64,000 nt of DNA from an uncultured Verrucomicrobiae bacterium (GCA_963719495.1 CAVRCI010000010.1:1-64000); one strand, 5' to 3'; positions 1 through 10,164 are shown, counted from the stretch's first letter. Numbers and translations: made by a program. Notes: generated by a model from the letters alone, not told the origin.

Positions 1-152
1 CTAAAAAGACTTCCAAGAGCCGACGCCCTCCCCGAAGGCACCCATCTTCGCCCCTGATAAAGTCGGAGATATTTCGCTCCGCTCAGCAGGCCAGCGGGAA
101 GGACGAGATCCCGCTTGACCGGCATCTCCAGAATTCCAACCCTCGGCACCAA

Positions 153-1202
153 TCAATCCGCCGGCACAAACTCGGTCGTCGCCCGACCCCCAAGCGCTTC
201 AACACCCTTGGGCACCACGCCCTTATCCGCGAGCGCGATGTAGGCCAGAATCCCCTTCGCCACGCCGTCCGCCAGCTCGTCCCGCCAGGTCGTCGAAGCG
301 ATCCGCGCCGCCTCCGACGGATTCGTGAGAAATCCCCCCTCGATCAGCACCGCCGGCACATCCGCGTTCCGCAACACCGAGAAACGCGCCCGTTTCACCC
401 CACGATCGTAGAGCCGCGTCTCCGCCAGGATCGCTGGAAAAATCGCGTTCGCCAACACGACGCTCGCCGGCTCGATCGCGTGCCCGTCCTCTTTCCCGAC
501 GTCCCGCGCCAGCACTTTACTCTGACCCGTCGGCGGCGTTCCCCGCGCCGGAATCGCGAAGATCTCGATCCCGTTGGCCGACGGCTTCCAGTCGGCCGAA
601 TTGAAATGCAAACTTACGAAAATGGAATCGTCGTATTTGTTCGGCATCGCCGCGCGCGCCGGAAGCTCGACAAAAGAATCCGACAACCGCGTCTGCACCA
701 CTTTCACACCCGCCTTCTCGAGTTTTTTGCGAACCCGCTTCGTCAAATCCAGCGTGAACTCCTTCTCGTAACCGAACCGGCTGCTCGCCCCCTTGTCGTG
801 TCCGCCGTGACCGGGATCCAGCACGACGGTCTTCACTTTTTTCAAGCCCGGCACCTTGTCCGGACGATAAGCCGGCTCGAGGACCGAACTCACGTCCGTG
901 CGCGAGATGTAGGGTTCGCCACCCTTTAGCTTCAGCGGGAAAGCCATCCACTCCCGCATCCCGTTGAGCATCGTCTCGCGGCTATCCTCCTTCGCCCGCA
1001 GGGTTCGCCCGCCGCCTTCGGTCTTCCAGGTGCGCTTCCCGTTCGACTTCGAGGCGTTCTCCGGTGGAGCCATTCCGTAGAAATCCGCCACGCTCTCGAG
1101 CGAAACGTAATCGCGCCCCCCGATCTCGACCGTCTCCCAATCGGCCCGCGCGACGCCAGTCAGACCCAGAAAAAGAAGGCACGCCCAGACGCGAATTTGC
1201 AT
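153..1202 (-). CDS. N-acetylmuramoyl-L-alanine amidase (Amidase_3) with signal peptide
   Basis: VVLDPGHGGHDKGA, FVSLHFNS and AVLIEGGFLTNPSE motifs; start set at MQIRVW. Confidence 0.92.
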   Translation of the reverse strand: MQIRVWACLLFLGLTGVARADWETVEIGGRDYVSLESVADFYGMAPPENASKSNGKRTWKTEGGGRTLRAKEDSRETMLNGMREWMAFPLKLKGGEPYISRTDVSSVLEPAYRPDKVPGLKKVKTVVLDPGHGGHDKGASSRFGYEKEFTLDLTKRVRKKLEKAGVKVVQTRLSDSFVELPARAAMPNKYDDSIFVSLHFNSADWKPSANGIEIFAIPARGTPPTGQSKVLARDVGKEDGHAIEPASVVLANAIFPAILAETRLYDRGVKRARFSVLRNADVPAVLIEGGFLTNPSEAARIASTTWRDELADGVAKGILAYIALADKGVVPKGVEALGGRATTEFVPAD

Positions 1203-1248
1203 GGCCGCGAACCTCCCACACCCGCGCCCCGCACTCAACGAGCAACTT

Positions 1249-4200
1249 TCATTTCGCGACCACGTTCACCAATTTCCCCGGCACCACGATCACCTTGAGC
1301 ACTTTCAATCCCGCGACCGATTCCACGATCCGCTCGCTCGCCAGCGCCGCCGCTTCGATGTCTTCGCGAGACGCGTCGATCCGGACGGTCATCTTTTCGC
1401 GGACCTTGCCGTTCACCTGCACCACGATCTCGACCTCGTCTTCGACCAGATCCTCCTCGTTCCAAGTCGGCCAACTCTGCTCCGACGCCCGGCCCTCGAA
1501 ATCGGCGAACCGTCCGCCCAGCCGCTCCCACAATTCATCCGCCAGGTGCGGGGCAAACGGACTCAACAGCCGCAGCAGCGTCCGCACGCCCTCGACGGGT
1601 CGCGGCGACGCGCCCACGAATTCGTTCGTGAGCACCATCATCTGCGAGATCGCGGTATTGAACGCGAACGCCGCCACGTCTTCGGTCACCTTCTTCGTCG
1701 ACGCGTGCACGACGCGCCGCTGCGCGTTCGTGAGTTCCGCCTCCGCCAGATCCGGCGACAATTCCCAACGCCCCTCCTGATCCTCCACCATCACCAGCCG
1801 CCACACCCGCGCCAGGAAGCGATGCACGCCCTCGACGCCCTTCATGCTCCAGGGCTTCGGCTGATCGAGCGGCCCCATGAACAACTCGAACAACCGCAAC
1901 GAATCAGCGCCGAACTCCTCCACCACGGCATCGGGATTCACCACGTTCCCCCGACTCTTCGACATTTTCTGCCCGTCCTCGCCCTGGATTAGCCCCTGAT
2001 TCATCAAACGATGAAACGGCTCCGGCGTCCCCACGATCCCCAGATCGAACAGCACCTTGTGCCAGAACCGCGCATACAACAAATGCAGCACCGCGTGCTC
2101 CACGCCGCCGACGTAGAGATCGACGCCGCTCTCCCCCATCCAATACCGCTCGAGCTCCGCACCAACTGGCGCGTCCGCATTCCGCGGATCCAAAAACCGC
2201 AGGTAATACCAGCACGACCCCGCCCACTGCGGCATTGTGTTCGTCTCCCGCTCACCCCCATCCGGCAGCTCCACCCACTCCCGCACCTTCGCCAGCGGCG
2301 GACGCCCATCCCCAGCCGGCGCAAAATCCTCCATCTCCGGCGGCAACAAAGGCAGCTCACTTTCCGGCAAAGCAAAGTGCCGCCCATCCCGCCAGACAAT
2401 TGGAAACGGCTCGCCCCAATAACGCTGACGCGAAAACAACCAATCCCGCAGCTTGTAATTCACCGACCCCCGTCCGCACCCCTCCGCCTCCAGCCAATCG
2501 ATCATCGCCCGCTTGGCGTCCACGGTCGCCAAGCCATCAAGAAACCCCGAATTGACCGCAAACCCATCCCCGGCAAACGCGGCCAAACGGGGGGAGGGCG
2601 TCCCGCCCTCCCGAACGAAAAACAAATCGCTCACTACCAGACCTGCCGACACCGCGTTCTTCCGAACGTATTCACACACCCGCCAGGCGTGTCGCTCGTT
2701 CCGCACGATCCGGTCGAAATATTCCCGCTGCCAGATCGTTCCCTCGCGACCGAGCGCCCGCCCGATCGCTTTCGCCGTGAAGCTCTTCCAGCCCTGCATC
2801 GTCGCCGACAAATCCACTTCGTCACCCAGCGTAAAAACAACGTGCACGTGATTTGGCATCACGACGAAGGCGTGCAAATCATATCGGTCGCCATCGAAAT
2901 GCCGAAGCGCCTCCGCGACGATCCCGCCAATCTCCGGTGACTTCAACCAGCATTCGCCGTGGCCCGCGTCGAGCCACCGCTCGCGTCGATCATCGGTCAA
3001 TTCTGCATATTCGCGCTTCTGCTGGTCCGACCAAGGTTGCGGGTTCATCCGCTCCCACTCGACGGCTTCCGCCCGCCACTTTTCGACCACTGCAGCGGGC
3101 AGCGCGTCCACCAACCGCCATGTGACGAAGATCATTTTCCCGTGTTGCTGCCAGTGAGGCAGGTCTCCGCCCTCTCGCTTCGTGATCTCCTCGCGGGGCT
3201 CGTAGAACGGGGACGAGACGTCCCCGCCCCCGTCCCCGCCAGATCGGCTTTCTCCGGTTGGGCTGGCAGCACGTTCCTTAGCCACCACCTCCCGCACCTC
3301 CAACCCAAACTGCGTCGCAAACTCGAAATCCCGCGCGTCGTGCCCCGGCACCGCCATGATCGCGCCCGTCCCGTAGCCCATCAGCACGTAATCCGCGATC
3401 CAGATCGGGATGCGTTCGCCGTTCACCGGATTGACCGCAAACGCCCCCGTCGGCACCCCCGACTTATCCTTCGCGAGATCCGTCCGCTCGAGATCCGACT
3501 TCGCGGCCACCACCTTCCGATACTCAGCCACCGCTCCCCTCTGCTCCTCACCCACGATCTCATCCACCAGCGGATGCTCCGGAGCCAACACCACGTAGGT
3601 CGCCCCAAAAAGCGTATCCGGCCGCGTAGTGAACACCTCGATCCGCAATCCGAAATCCGCAATCCGAAATTCCACCACCGCCCCCTCACTCCGCCCGATC
3701 CAGTTCCGCTGCATCGTCTTCAGCGCCTCCGGCCAATCCAACAAATCCAGATCGTCGATCAACCGCTGCGCAAAAGCGCGAATCCGCAGCATCCACTGCC
3801 GCATCGGCCGCCGCTCGACGCGAAATCCCTTGCTCGTCCACTCCTCGACCTCCTCGTTCGCCAGCACCGTCCCCAGGTCCGGCGACCAATTCACCGGAGC
3901 CTCGTCCACGTAGGCCAGCCGCTTGGAATCCACAAAATCCCGCACCGCCTCCTCGCCCGCCGACCGCACGTCCTCCGGGATCGGCAACTCCGCCAAAGGC
4001 CGCGCCTTCCCCGTCCCCTCGTCGAACCAACTGTCGTAGATCTTCAGAAAAATCCACTGCGTCCACCTGTAATAATCCGGATCGCTCGTCGCCACCTCGC
4101 GGCTCCAATCATACGAGAACCCCAACTGTTTGATCTGACGCGTGAAGTTCGCGATGTTCGCCTCCGTCGTCACCCGCGGGTGCTGCCCCGTCTTCACCGC

Positions 4201-4494
4201 GTATTGCTCCGCCGGCAGCCCGAACGAATCCCACCCCGCCGGAAACAGCACGTTCACCCCGTCCATCCGCAACTTCCGCGCCACCACGTCGCAAGCCGTC
4301 TTCTGCAGTGGGTGACCGATGTGCAGCCCGTTCCCGCTCGGATACGGGAACATGTCCAAAATATACGCCTTCCGCGCCGCCGGATCGAACCCCTCCTCGC
4401 CCGGATCCTTCGCCCGCCACGCCCCCGCCGCTTCCCAAGCCTCCTGCCACTTGGGTTCGAAATCGGAAAACGGAAACGGTTTGCGCTGCGCCAT
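1249..4494 (-). CDS. leuS: Leucine--tRNA ligase with in-frame Y1 transposase insertion
   Basis: [53 protein letters not shown]; 1081 aa, longer than usual. Confidence 0.97.
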   Translation of the reverse strand: MAQRKPFPFSDFEPKWQEAWEAAGAWRAKDPGEEGFDPAARKAYILDMFPYPSGNGLHIGHPLQKTACDVVARKLRMDGVNVLFPAGWDSFGLPAEQYAVKTGQHPRVTTEANIANFTRQIKQLGFSYDWSREVATSDPDYYRWTQWIFLKIYDSWFDEGTGKARPLAELPIPEDVRSAGEEAVRDFVDSKRLAYVDEAPVNWSPDLGTVLANEEVEEWTSKGFRVERRPMRQWMLRIRAFAQRLIDDLDLLDWPEALKTMQRNWIGRSEGAVVEFRIADFGLRIEVFTTRPDTLFGATYVVLAPEHPLVDEIVGEEQRGAVAEYRKVVAAKSDLERTDLAKDKSGVPTGAFAVNPVNGERIPIWIADYVLMGYGTGAIMAVPGHDARDFEFATQFGLEVREVVAKERAASPTGESRSGGDGGGDVSSPFYEPREEITKREGGDLPHWQQHGKMIFVTWRLVDALPAAVVEKWRAEAVEWERMNPQPWSDQQKREYAELTDDRRERWLDAGHGECWLKSPEIGGIVAEALRHFDGDRYDLHAFVVMPNHVHVVFTLGDEVDLSATMQGWKSFTAKAIGRALGREGTIWQREYFDRIVRNERHAWRVCEYVRKNAVSAGLVVSDLFFVREGGTPSPRLAAFAGDGFAVNSGFLDGLATVDAKRAMIDWLEAEGCGRGSVNYKLRDWLFSRQRYWGEPFPIVWRDGRHFALPESELPLLPPEMEDFAPAGDGRPPLAKVREWVELPDGGERETNTMPQWAGSCWYYLRFLDPRNADAPVGAELERYWMGESGVDLYVGGVEHAVLHLLYARFWHKVLFDLGIVGTPEPFHRLMNQGLIQGEDGQKMSKSRGNVVNPDAVVEEFGADSLRLFELFMGPLDQPKPWSMKGVEGVHRFLARVWRLVMVEDQEGRWELSPDLAEAELTNAQRRVVHASTKKVTEDVAAFAFNTAISQMMVLTNEFVGASPRPVEGVRTLLRLLSPFAPHLADELWERLGGRFADFEGRASEQSWPTWNEEDLVEDEVEIVVQVNGKVREKMTVRIDASREDIEAAALASERIVESVAGLKVLKVIVVPGKLVNVVAK
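2581..3282 (-). mobile_element. RAYT/TnpA-REP-like HUH Y1 transposase domain with flanking hairpins, in frame inside leuS
   Basis: [18 protein letters not shown] (HUH), [25 protein letters not shown]; hairpins at 2592-2612 and 3208-3226; boundaries approximate. Confidence 0.88.
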
Positions 4495-4552
4495 AAACCA
4501 ACGAATAACGACAACGCCCGCCGCGCCCCAAATCATAAATCATAAATCGTAA

Positions 4553-5179
4553 ATGGTAAATCCACCCCCCCTCCTCCTCGCCACCCGCAACGCCCACAAG
4601 ACCGCCGAGATCGCCAGTCTGCTCGCCGGTCGGTTCACGGTGACCGACCTCACGTCCCGTCCCGACGCCCCCGAAGTCGCGGAGACCGGCACCACCTTCG
4701 CGGCCAACGCGACCCTCAAATCCAACGCCATCTCCGCCCACTTCGGCGGCTGGGCACTCGCCGACGATTCCGGCCTCGAAGTCGACGCCCTCGATGGCGC
4801 CCCCGGCGTCTGCTCCGCCCGCTACGCCGGCCCCAATGCCACCGACGCCGACAACGTTGCCCTCCTCCTCGCGAATCTCGCGGCACTCTCCCCGACCGTC
4901 GGCGATCCGCTCACATCCGCTCGCTTCCGCTGCGTTCTCGCCCTCTCCCGCGACGGCCAAGTCGTTGCCACTTTTCCGGGCACCATCGAGGGCACCATCA
5001 GTCCTGACCTCCAAGGAGAAGGCGGCTTCGGCTACGATCCGCTCTTCATCCCCGCGGGCCACGACCGCACCTTTGGCAGCCTCCCCGCCGACCTGAAAAA
5101 CACGATCAGTCACCGCGCCCAAGCCCTCGCCACGTTCACCGACTGGCTGGCAAGGAACTCGCTCTCCAGCGAGGCCTAG
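4553..5179 (+). CDS. rdgB: Non-canonical purine NTP pyrophosphatase (HAM1 family)
   Basis: ATRNAHK, ADDSGLEVDALDGAPGV.SAR, GFGYDPLF, SHRAQA. Confidence 0.95.
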   Translation: MVNPPPLLLATRNAHKTAEIASLLAGRFTVTDLTSRPDAPEVAETGTTFAANATLKSNAISAHFGGWALADDSGLEVDALDGAPGVCSARYAGPNATDADNVALLLANLAALSPTVGDPLTSARFRCVLALSRDGQVVATFPGTIEGTISPDLQGEGGFGYDPLFIPAGHDRTFGSLPADLKNTISHRAQALATFTDWLARNSLSSEA

Positions 5180-5200
5180 GCTCTGCAAAGAAAAACGAAA

Positions 5201-5235
5201 CCGGCGAGCCGGGCGTTTCGCCCGATCTCGCCGGC
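5201..5235. terminator. GC-rich hairpin between convergent genes; possible terminator
   Basis: ccggcgag/ctcgccgg outer stem, gggcg/cgccc inner stem, A-rich run on the left (U-tract for the minus strand). Confidence 0.45.
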
Positions 5236-5277
5236 CCGCTCGCAAGCCCTGAAAGCTCGCAAGGTCGGTCGTTCAAG

Positions 5278-7980
5278 TTATCTCCGCTTCGGTTTGTAGA
5301 TGATGATCGCGATGGCGGTTTCCGAAGGAACGTTGAGGTTCGTGTAAGCGATGATCTCGATCTTCAGTTTTTCTTTGCGCGAGTTCTTGTCAGGCTTGAT
5401 GCGAATGGGAATTCTCCATTTCGAACCGCCGCGCGCCTTCTGGGGCTTGCCGCCGTTGATGGTGTATTCGACACGACCAATGCCATCGGCACTCTCCGCC
5501 GAGCCGCGAAGGACGACCCTGCGTTTATCAGTCTTGGTGCGTCTTTTCCCGGATAGGTCCACGTCGGCTGGTTTGGGCAGATTGTTGACCGTTGTGAAGG
5601 CGAACGTCGCCGACGTCTGACTGCTCGGTGCGAAATCCGTGCGAGTCGCGAATGACCGGACGATGGCCGTGTTGTTCAGCGTAAAGGGACCCGTGTAGAG
5701 TCCTCCGTTCACGGCGGGATCCGAGCCGTCGATCGTGAACCGAATCGTTGCATTCGGAGTCGGCGTGGAAATTGTCACGACAACGGCCTGCGAGAAGGTT
5801 CCGCCGCCTGGGCTGATGGTCGTGGCGTCGACCGACTGGGGTGGAATTTCGAGGGTGTAAGTCCCGGATACAATTGGACTATTCTCGAAGCCATCGCGAA
5901 AGGCAAAGGCTTGCACCGTGGTGTTGACCGTGACGCTGAAGGGACCGTTGTAAAGGGTCGACGTCGAATTCGGCGTCGTTCCATCCGTCGTGTATCGAAT
6001 CCGTGCCTCTGGCGTCGTCGTGCTAAGGCTCACGTTAACCGCTTCCGCGAAAGAACCCGGTGTCGGGCTGAACGAGGGCTGTGCGGCGGGGGGTTGAGTT
6101 CGTCGGAGGTTTGCTACCAAAACAGCGGAATCACCGTCTTGAAATTGAACGGGGAACCCAATCCCACCGTTGTTGTCGATGGAGATATAAGGATCCTCCA
6201 AAGGATTCACGTTGAAGCTCTGGATCGTCCCAAAGCTTCCGGTGTCATTTTTGGGCAACTGGCCCCCCACCGCTCCCACCAAGATGACTTGACCAGCGCT
6301 GTTCAGCGCGAGGATCGCGGGAACATCGTTGTTAGCTGTCGTTGCCACGCCGTCGAAAACAATTTCGTTCGCTTCGTTGAGTTGAAACGTATCGAAGAAA
6401 TCCGGGCCGTACGTGGTGCCCGGTTGGGTTCCGGGGACGGCATCTCCTTCACGAGCGATCAGGCGAATGTTGTTCACGGTGCCAGCCCAGAGACCCTCGT
6501 CGTTGTTCGTGTTCACGTTCGCACCTTTGACGTTGGCGCTGAACGCAACGAAACCAGAGCTGTTCACCTGAATTCGCGAACGGGTCGTTGGATCTCGCTG
6601 CTCGAAAGATTCGAAGACCGAACCGGTCCCAGGTGCGGGTGAATTTTCTCTGGCCACCAGCGTGAAGATCGAGCCTCGGCCAACGTAAAGGGCTTCATCA
6701 TTCCCCCCCGTCACTCCGTTTCCAACCAGACGCGTCATGAAGAGTAACCACTCGCTATCCGCGGCGTCGTACTGAAGGAAATCGTTGTAGAGCACCCCAT
6801 TAGCCGTGCCCGGGGCCTGCGTTCCAGCGCGAACAATCAGCGTCGGAACGTCGGCCGCTGGTCCTGCCCAGATTCCAGTCCGATTGAGCTGGGACACGCC
6901 GGTCCCGTTCAAAGAGGCGATCATCGAAACCCGCCCGCCCGGCGAGAGGATCGGGTATCGGAAAGTGTCATCCGGAAAATTGCCGTAGGAAACTCCCGAG
7001 AGTGGAATGTTCGGCGTCGAGCTCGCGGCCGTGTCGCCCTCTCTGGCGAACAGGGCGATGGCTTTTAGAGAACCAGCATAAATGCCAGTCCAGACCCCGG
7101 TGTCATTGTTTTCGCCGACACTCCCGCCCCGCAGGGTTCCTCGGTAGGCCAGCCGAGCCTGCTGATTAAACTGCAGCAGTGGGAGACCCGACCTCGCGTC
7201 GTTGACGAATTCGAAATTCTCAAGCACGGGACAGTCGTCGTAAACAACGCCCGGCGAGACGCCGGGAGCCTGTCCGCCCTCGAAAGCAATGTTGGTGAAA
7301 TCGCCAACCGTGCCCCCGAAGAGGCCGATGACCGGTGTCGCGTCATTCGAAGGGGCTCGAAGGAATATCGTTCCAGTGACGTCGCTAATGTTATAACGAT
7401 TGTTGCCGTCGGGAGCGAGGGAACCGAAGGATCTCCCCGGCATTTGTGGCATCGATTCACCGGCCTGCGCGATCAAGACGGGCTGCGTCACGTTCGTTGG
7501 TCTAAACCAAATACCCGTATCGTCGACCCCTTGAGTGACGGCGCCACCGAGTGTCGCGCCGAACGCCGCCCGCCCACCGGACGAATTTCGATAAAGCGCG
7601 TCGAATTCCGTGTAGACGACGTTTGGCTTTGTACCGGGGGCCGCGTTTCCCGTGCGTGCCAGCAGCACTAAAGCGTCGCTCGGGCCTTCCCAGAGACCAA
7701 CGTCGTTTACGCCCGTGATCGGGGGTCCCACGATGGTCGAACGGATCAACCCGCGTCCCGGAATGTCAAAGCTTCCTTCCGTGAACCAAGGCTGGTCATT
7801 GACGGTGTCATAGAGGACGCCAAATTCGAGATTCGGAGCAGCGTCGCCGGTGGTGGCCACCGTCTGGTAATCGATGTCCTGCCCGTGAGCAAAGCCCGCG
7901 GTGAAGAGACCTGCCGCGAGTAATAGGGGCCTGGAAAATCCCATAAACGGCGTTTTGCTAAGTTCAATTTTGTTTTTCAT
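5278..7980 (-). CDS. Secreted NxxGxxAF-type repeat protein with two Fn3-associated/CHB_HEX_C-like domains and a basic C-terminal domain
   Basis: Signal peptide ending AHG; repeats VNSSGFVAF, LNEANEIVF, ARTGNAAPGT; two FSP.G..IRYT.DG..P...Y.GPF units. Confidence 0.75.
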   Translation of the reverse strand: MKNKIELSKTPFMGFSRPLLLAAGLFTAGFAHGQDIDYQTVATTGDAAPNLEFGVLYDTVNDQPWFTEGSFDIPGRGLIRSTIVGPPITGVNDVGLWEGPSDALVLLARTGNAAPGTKPNVVYTEFDALYRNSSGGRAAFGATLGGAVTQGVDDTGIWFRPTNVTQPVLIAQAGESMPQMPGRSFGSLAPDGNNRYNISDVTGTIFLRAPSNDATPVIGLFGGTVGDFTNIAFEGGQAPGVSPGVVYDDCPVLENFEFVNDARSGLPLLQFNQQARLAYRGTLRGGSVGENNDTGVWTGIYAGSLKAIALFAREGDTAASSTPNIPLSGVSYGNFPDDTFRYPILSPGGRVSMIASLNGTGVSQLNRTGIWAGPAADVPTLIVRAGTQAPGTANGVLYNDFLQYDAADSEWLLFMTRLVGNGVTGGNDEALYVGRGSIFTLVARENSPAPGTGSVFESFEQRDPTTRSRIQVNSSGFVAFSANVKGANVNTNNDEGLWAGTVNNIRLIAREGDAVPGTQPGTTYGPDFFDTFQLNEANEIVFDGVATTANNDVPAILALNSAGQVILVGAVGGQLPKNDTGSFGTIQSFNVNPLEDPYISIDNNGGIGFPVQFQDGDSAVLVANLRRTQPPAAQPSFSPTPGSFAEAVNVSLSTTTPEARIRYTTDGTTPNSTSTLYNGPFSVTVNTTVQAFAFRDGFENSPIVSGTYTLEIPPQSVDATTISPGGGTFSQAVVVTISTPTPNATIRFTIDGSDPAVNGGLYTGPFTLNNTAIVRSFATRTDFAPSSQTSATFAFTTVNNLPKPADVDLSGKRRTKTDKRRVVLRGSAESADGIGRVEYTINGGKPQKARGGSKWRIPIRIKPDKNSRKEKLKIEIIAYTNLNVPSETAIAIIIYKPKRR

Positions 7981-8447
7981 TGGTCAAGTGCGAGTTGCGT
8001 GTGGCTTCTAGGTTTCACGGTAGCTTTCAGTCAAGCGACCAATTAAATGCAACCGCTTTGTTACAGCATCGAAAGCTGCAAGAAATCATTCCTTTTTTGC
8101 GGCTTATAAACTTAATCACCAATGCTTTAAGTTTTCTGAATGATCCGATCCAGGACCCACTTTCCTAACCAGCCTTAACAAAATCAGGTTTAAATTAGGG
8201 ATTTCCCCTATGCCTATTATCAGTTGCAAATGACCATCATTAGATCTTTGCTTCCAGCCATCACTCGCCGCCACCGCGGATGGGTAAGCCTCGGAAAATG
8301 CCGTCATACCGCGTTTTCTTGTCACCGATATCTTGACAGCGCTGGCCCCCTTGATTCTCGATCTTGTCGTCGAAAATCCAACTGTCGTTCCGTTCGTTCA
8401 ACATACGGCTTGAGGCTTTGCGTCGAAACGGGTCTGGTGAAGCACCC

Positions 8448-8915
8448 ATGACGCAGAATTTGAAGCCGCTCCTCGTTCCGCTCATCGCGAGTTCCTTACT
8501 GATTTCCTGCCAGACGGTCGTCGAATCCGGCTCCGAAGAAGGTCCGCCCCCCACTGCTGAGTCTGTCGAGTTGGCGAAGCCAGATCCGTCGGCTCGAGAT
8601 CCAGCCGAACCCGGCAACTTTTTGACGCGCCTTTGGGAAAGTGGGTTTGCCGCGAAGGAAGATGCCCCACCCGCCGCAACGTCACCCAATTGGGTCGGCA
8701 ACGTCAAAGCCGTCAGCGAGCGCCACGATTACGTCCTCGTCGATTCCCAAACCTACCAAAGCCCCGCGCCCGGCACGATCCTGACCTCCGTCGGGTCCGT
8801 CTCCGAATCCGGCTCCGTCCGCGTCTCCGAGGACCGCGATCCACCCTTCTTTATCGCCGACATCCTTTCCGGCCGCCCCGAGCCCGGCGACCGCCTCTAC
8901 TCGCCCGCCCCGTGA
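8448..8915 (+). CDS. Hypothetical lipoprotein
   Basis: Hydrophobic N-terminus with lipobox-like LISC; GTGA overlap with moeA. Confidence 0.65.
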   Translation: MTQNLKPLLVPLIASSLLISCQTVVESGSEEGPPPTAESVELAKPDPSARDPAEPGNFLTRLWESGFAAKEDAPPAATSPNWVGNVKAVSERHDYVLVDSQTYQSPAPGTILTSVGSVSESGSVRVSEDRDPPFFIADILSGRPEPGDRLYSPAP

Positions 8916-10084
8916 TTTCAGAATCCGAAGCCCTCGCTCGGATTCTCGACACCCTCGCGCCCGGACCGTCCCGTCCGGTCCCCCTCGCCGCCGCCCTCGG
9001 CCTCCACGCCGCCGCCCCACTCACCGCGCCCGCCGCCGTTCCGCGCTTCGACCAGTCCGCCATGGACGGCTACGCCCTCCGCGTCGCCGACGCCGCCCGC
9101 CCGCTTCGAGTGACCGGCGAGCAACCCGCCGGCCGCGACCGCCAGCTCACCGTCAACCCCGGCGAAGCCATCCGCATCTTCACCGGAGCCCCCATCCCGA
9201 CGGGAGCCGACTGCGTCGTCATGCAGGAGGACGTCGACCGTTCCGGCGACCAGATCACGATCCGCGACCTCCCCGCTCCCGGCGAATTCATCCGCCCCGC
9301 CGGAGCCGACCTCTGCGCCGGCCAATCCATCCTCGCGCCCGGCGACCTCGTCACCCCCGCCCGCATCGGCCTCCTCGCCTCCCTCGGCATCGAATCGGTC
9401 CACGCCCACGACCGCCCCCGCGTCGGCATCATCACCACCGGCGACGAGGTCCGCCCACTCGGCACCCCGCTCGCCCCCGGCGAGATCCCCAACAGCAACG
9501 GCCCCATGCTCGCCGCCCTCCTCACCACTGCCGGTTTCCCGGCCGACGTCACCACCCACGCGACCGACAGCCCCGAAGCTCTCGTCACCGCACTCGCCGC
9601 GACTGCCCACTGCCACGCCGTCATCCTCACCGGCGGCGTCTCCGTCGGCGAACACGACCACGTCCGCGCCACCCTCCGCGACCACGGAGCCGACGTCGAC
9701 CTCTGGCGCGTCGCCGTCAAACCCGGCAAACCCTTCCTCTTCGGCCCCACCGCGACCACCGCTTATTTCGGCCTCCCTGGCAATCCCGTCTCGACCTACG
9801 TCACCGCCCTCCTCTTCGTCCTCCCCGGCCTCCGCCACCTCGCCGGCGCCTCCGCCGCCCACGCCCGACCGCACTTCACCGAATTCCGCCTCGCCAGCCC
9901 GGTCGACAATCCCGGCGACCGCCCGCACTACCTCCGCGGCACCCTGGACGGCTCCACCTTCCACCCCGCCCCCCTCCAGGAATCCCACGCCCTCGCCTCC
10001 CTCGCCAACTCCACCGCCCTGGCCCGCATCCCCGCCGGAGCCACCCTCCCAACCGCCACCCCCGTAACCGGCCTAAAACTCTGA
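8912..10084 (+). CDS. moeA: Molybdopterin molybdotransferase
   Basis: SAMDGYA, RIFTGAPIP, TTGDE, GGVSVGEHD, KPGKP, GLPGNPVS. Confidence 0.95.
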   Translation: MISESEALARILDTLAPGPSRPVPLAAALGLHAAAPLTAPAAVPRFDQSAMDGYALRVADAARPLRVTGEQPAGRDRQLTVNPGEAIRIFTGAPIPTGADCVVMQEDVDRSGDQITIRDLPAPGEFIRPAGADLCAGQSILAPGDLVTPARIGLLASLGIESVHAHDRPRVGIITTGDEVRPLGTPLAPGEIPNSNGPMLAALLTTAGFPADVTTHATDSPEALVTALAATAHCHAVILTGGVSVGEHDHVRATLRDHGADVDLWRVAVKPGKPFLFGPTATTAYFGLPGNPVSTYVTALLFVLPGLRHLAGASAAHARPHFTEFRLASPVDNPGDRPHYLRGTLDGSTFHPAPLQESHALASLANSTALARIPAGATLPTATPVTGLKL

Positions 10085-10164
10085 CGCCCCCAAAGAAACC
10101 ACCACTCGAAAATCGAGAATCGAGAATCGAAAATCCTTTTACCCTTTACCCGTCCGAAGTTGAA

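Noticed and set aside
1..152. Possible gene end or RNA at the window start
   Set aside because: Too short to assign; no tRNA or rRNA signature seen here or elsewhere in the window.
2581..3282. Intein or self-splicing intron in leuS
   Set aside because: No Cys/Ser-start or His-Asn-(C/S/T) junction, no LAGLIDADG/HNH motif and no visible intron structure; the motifs are HUH/Y1.
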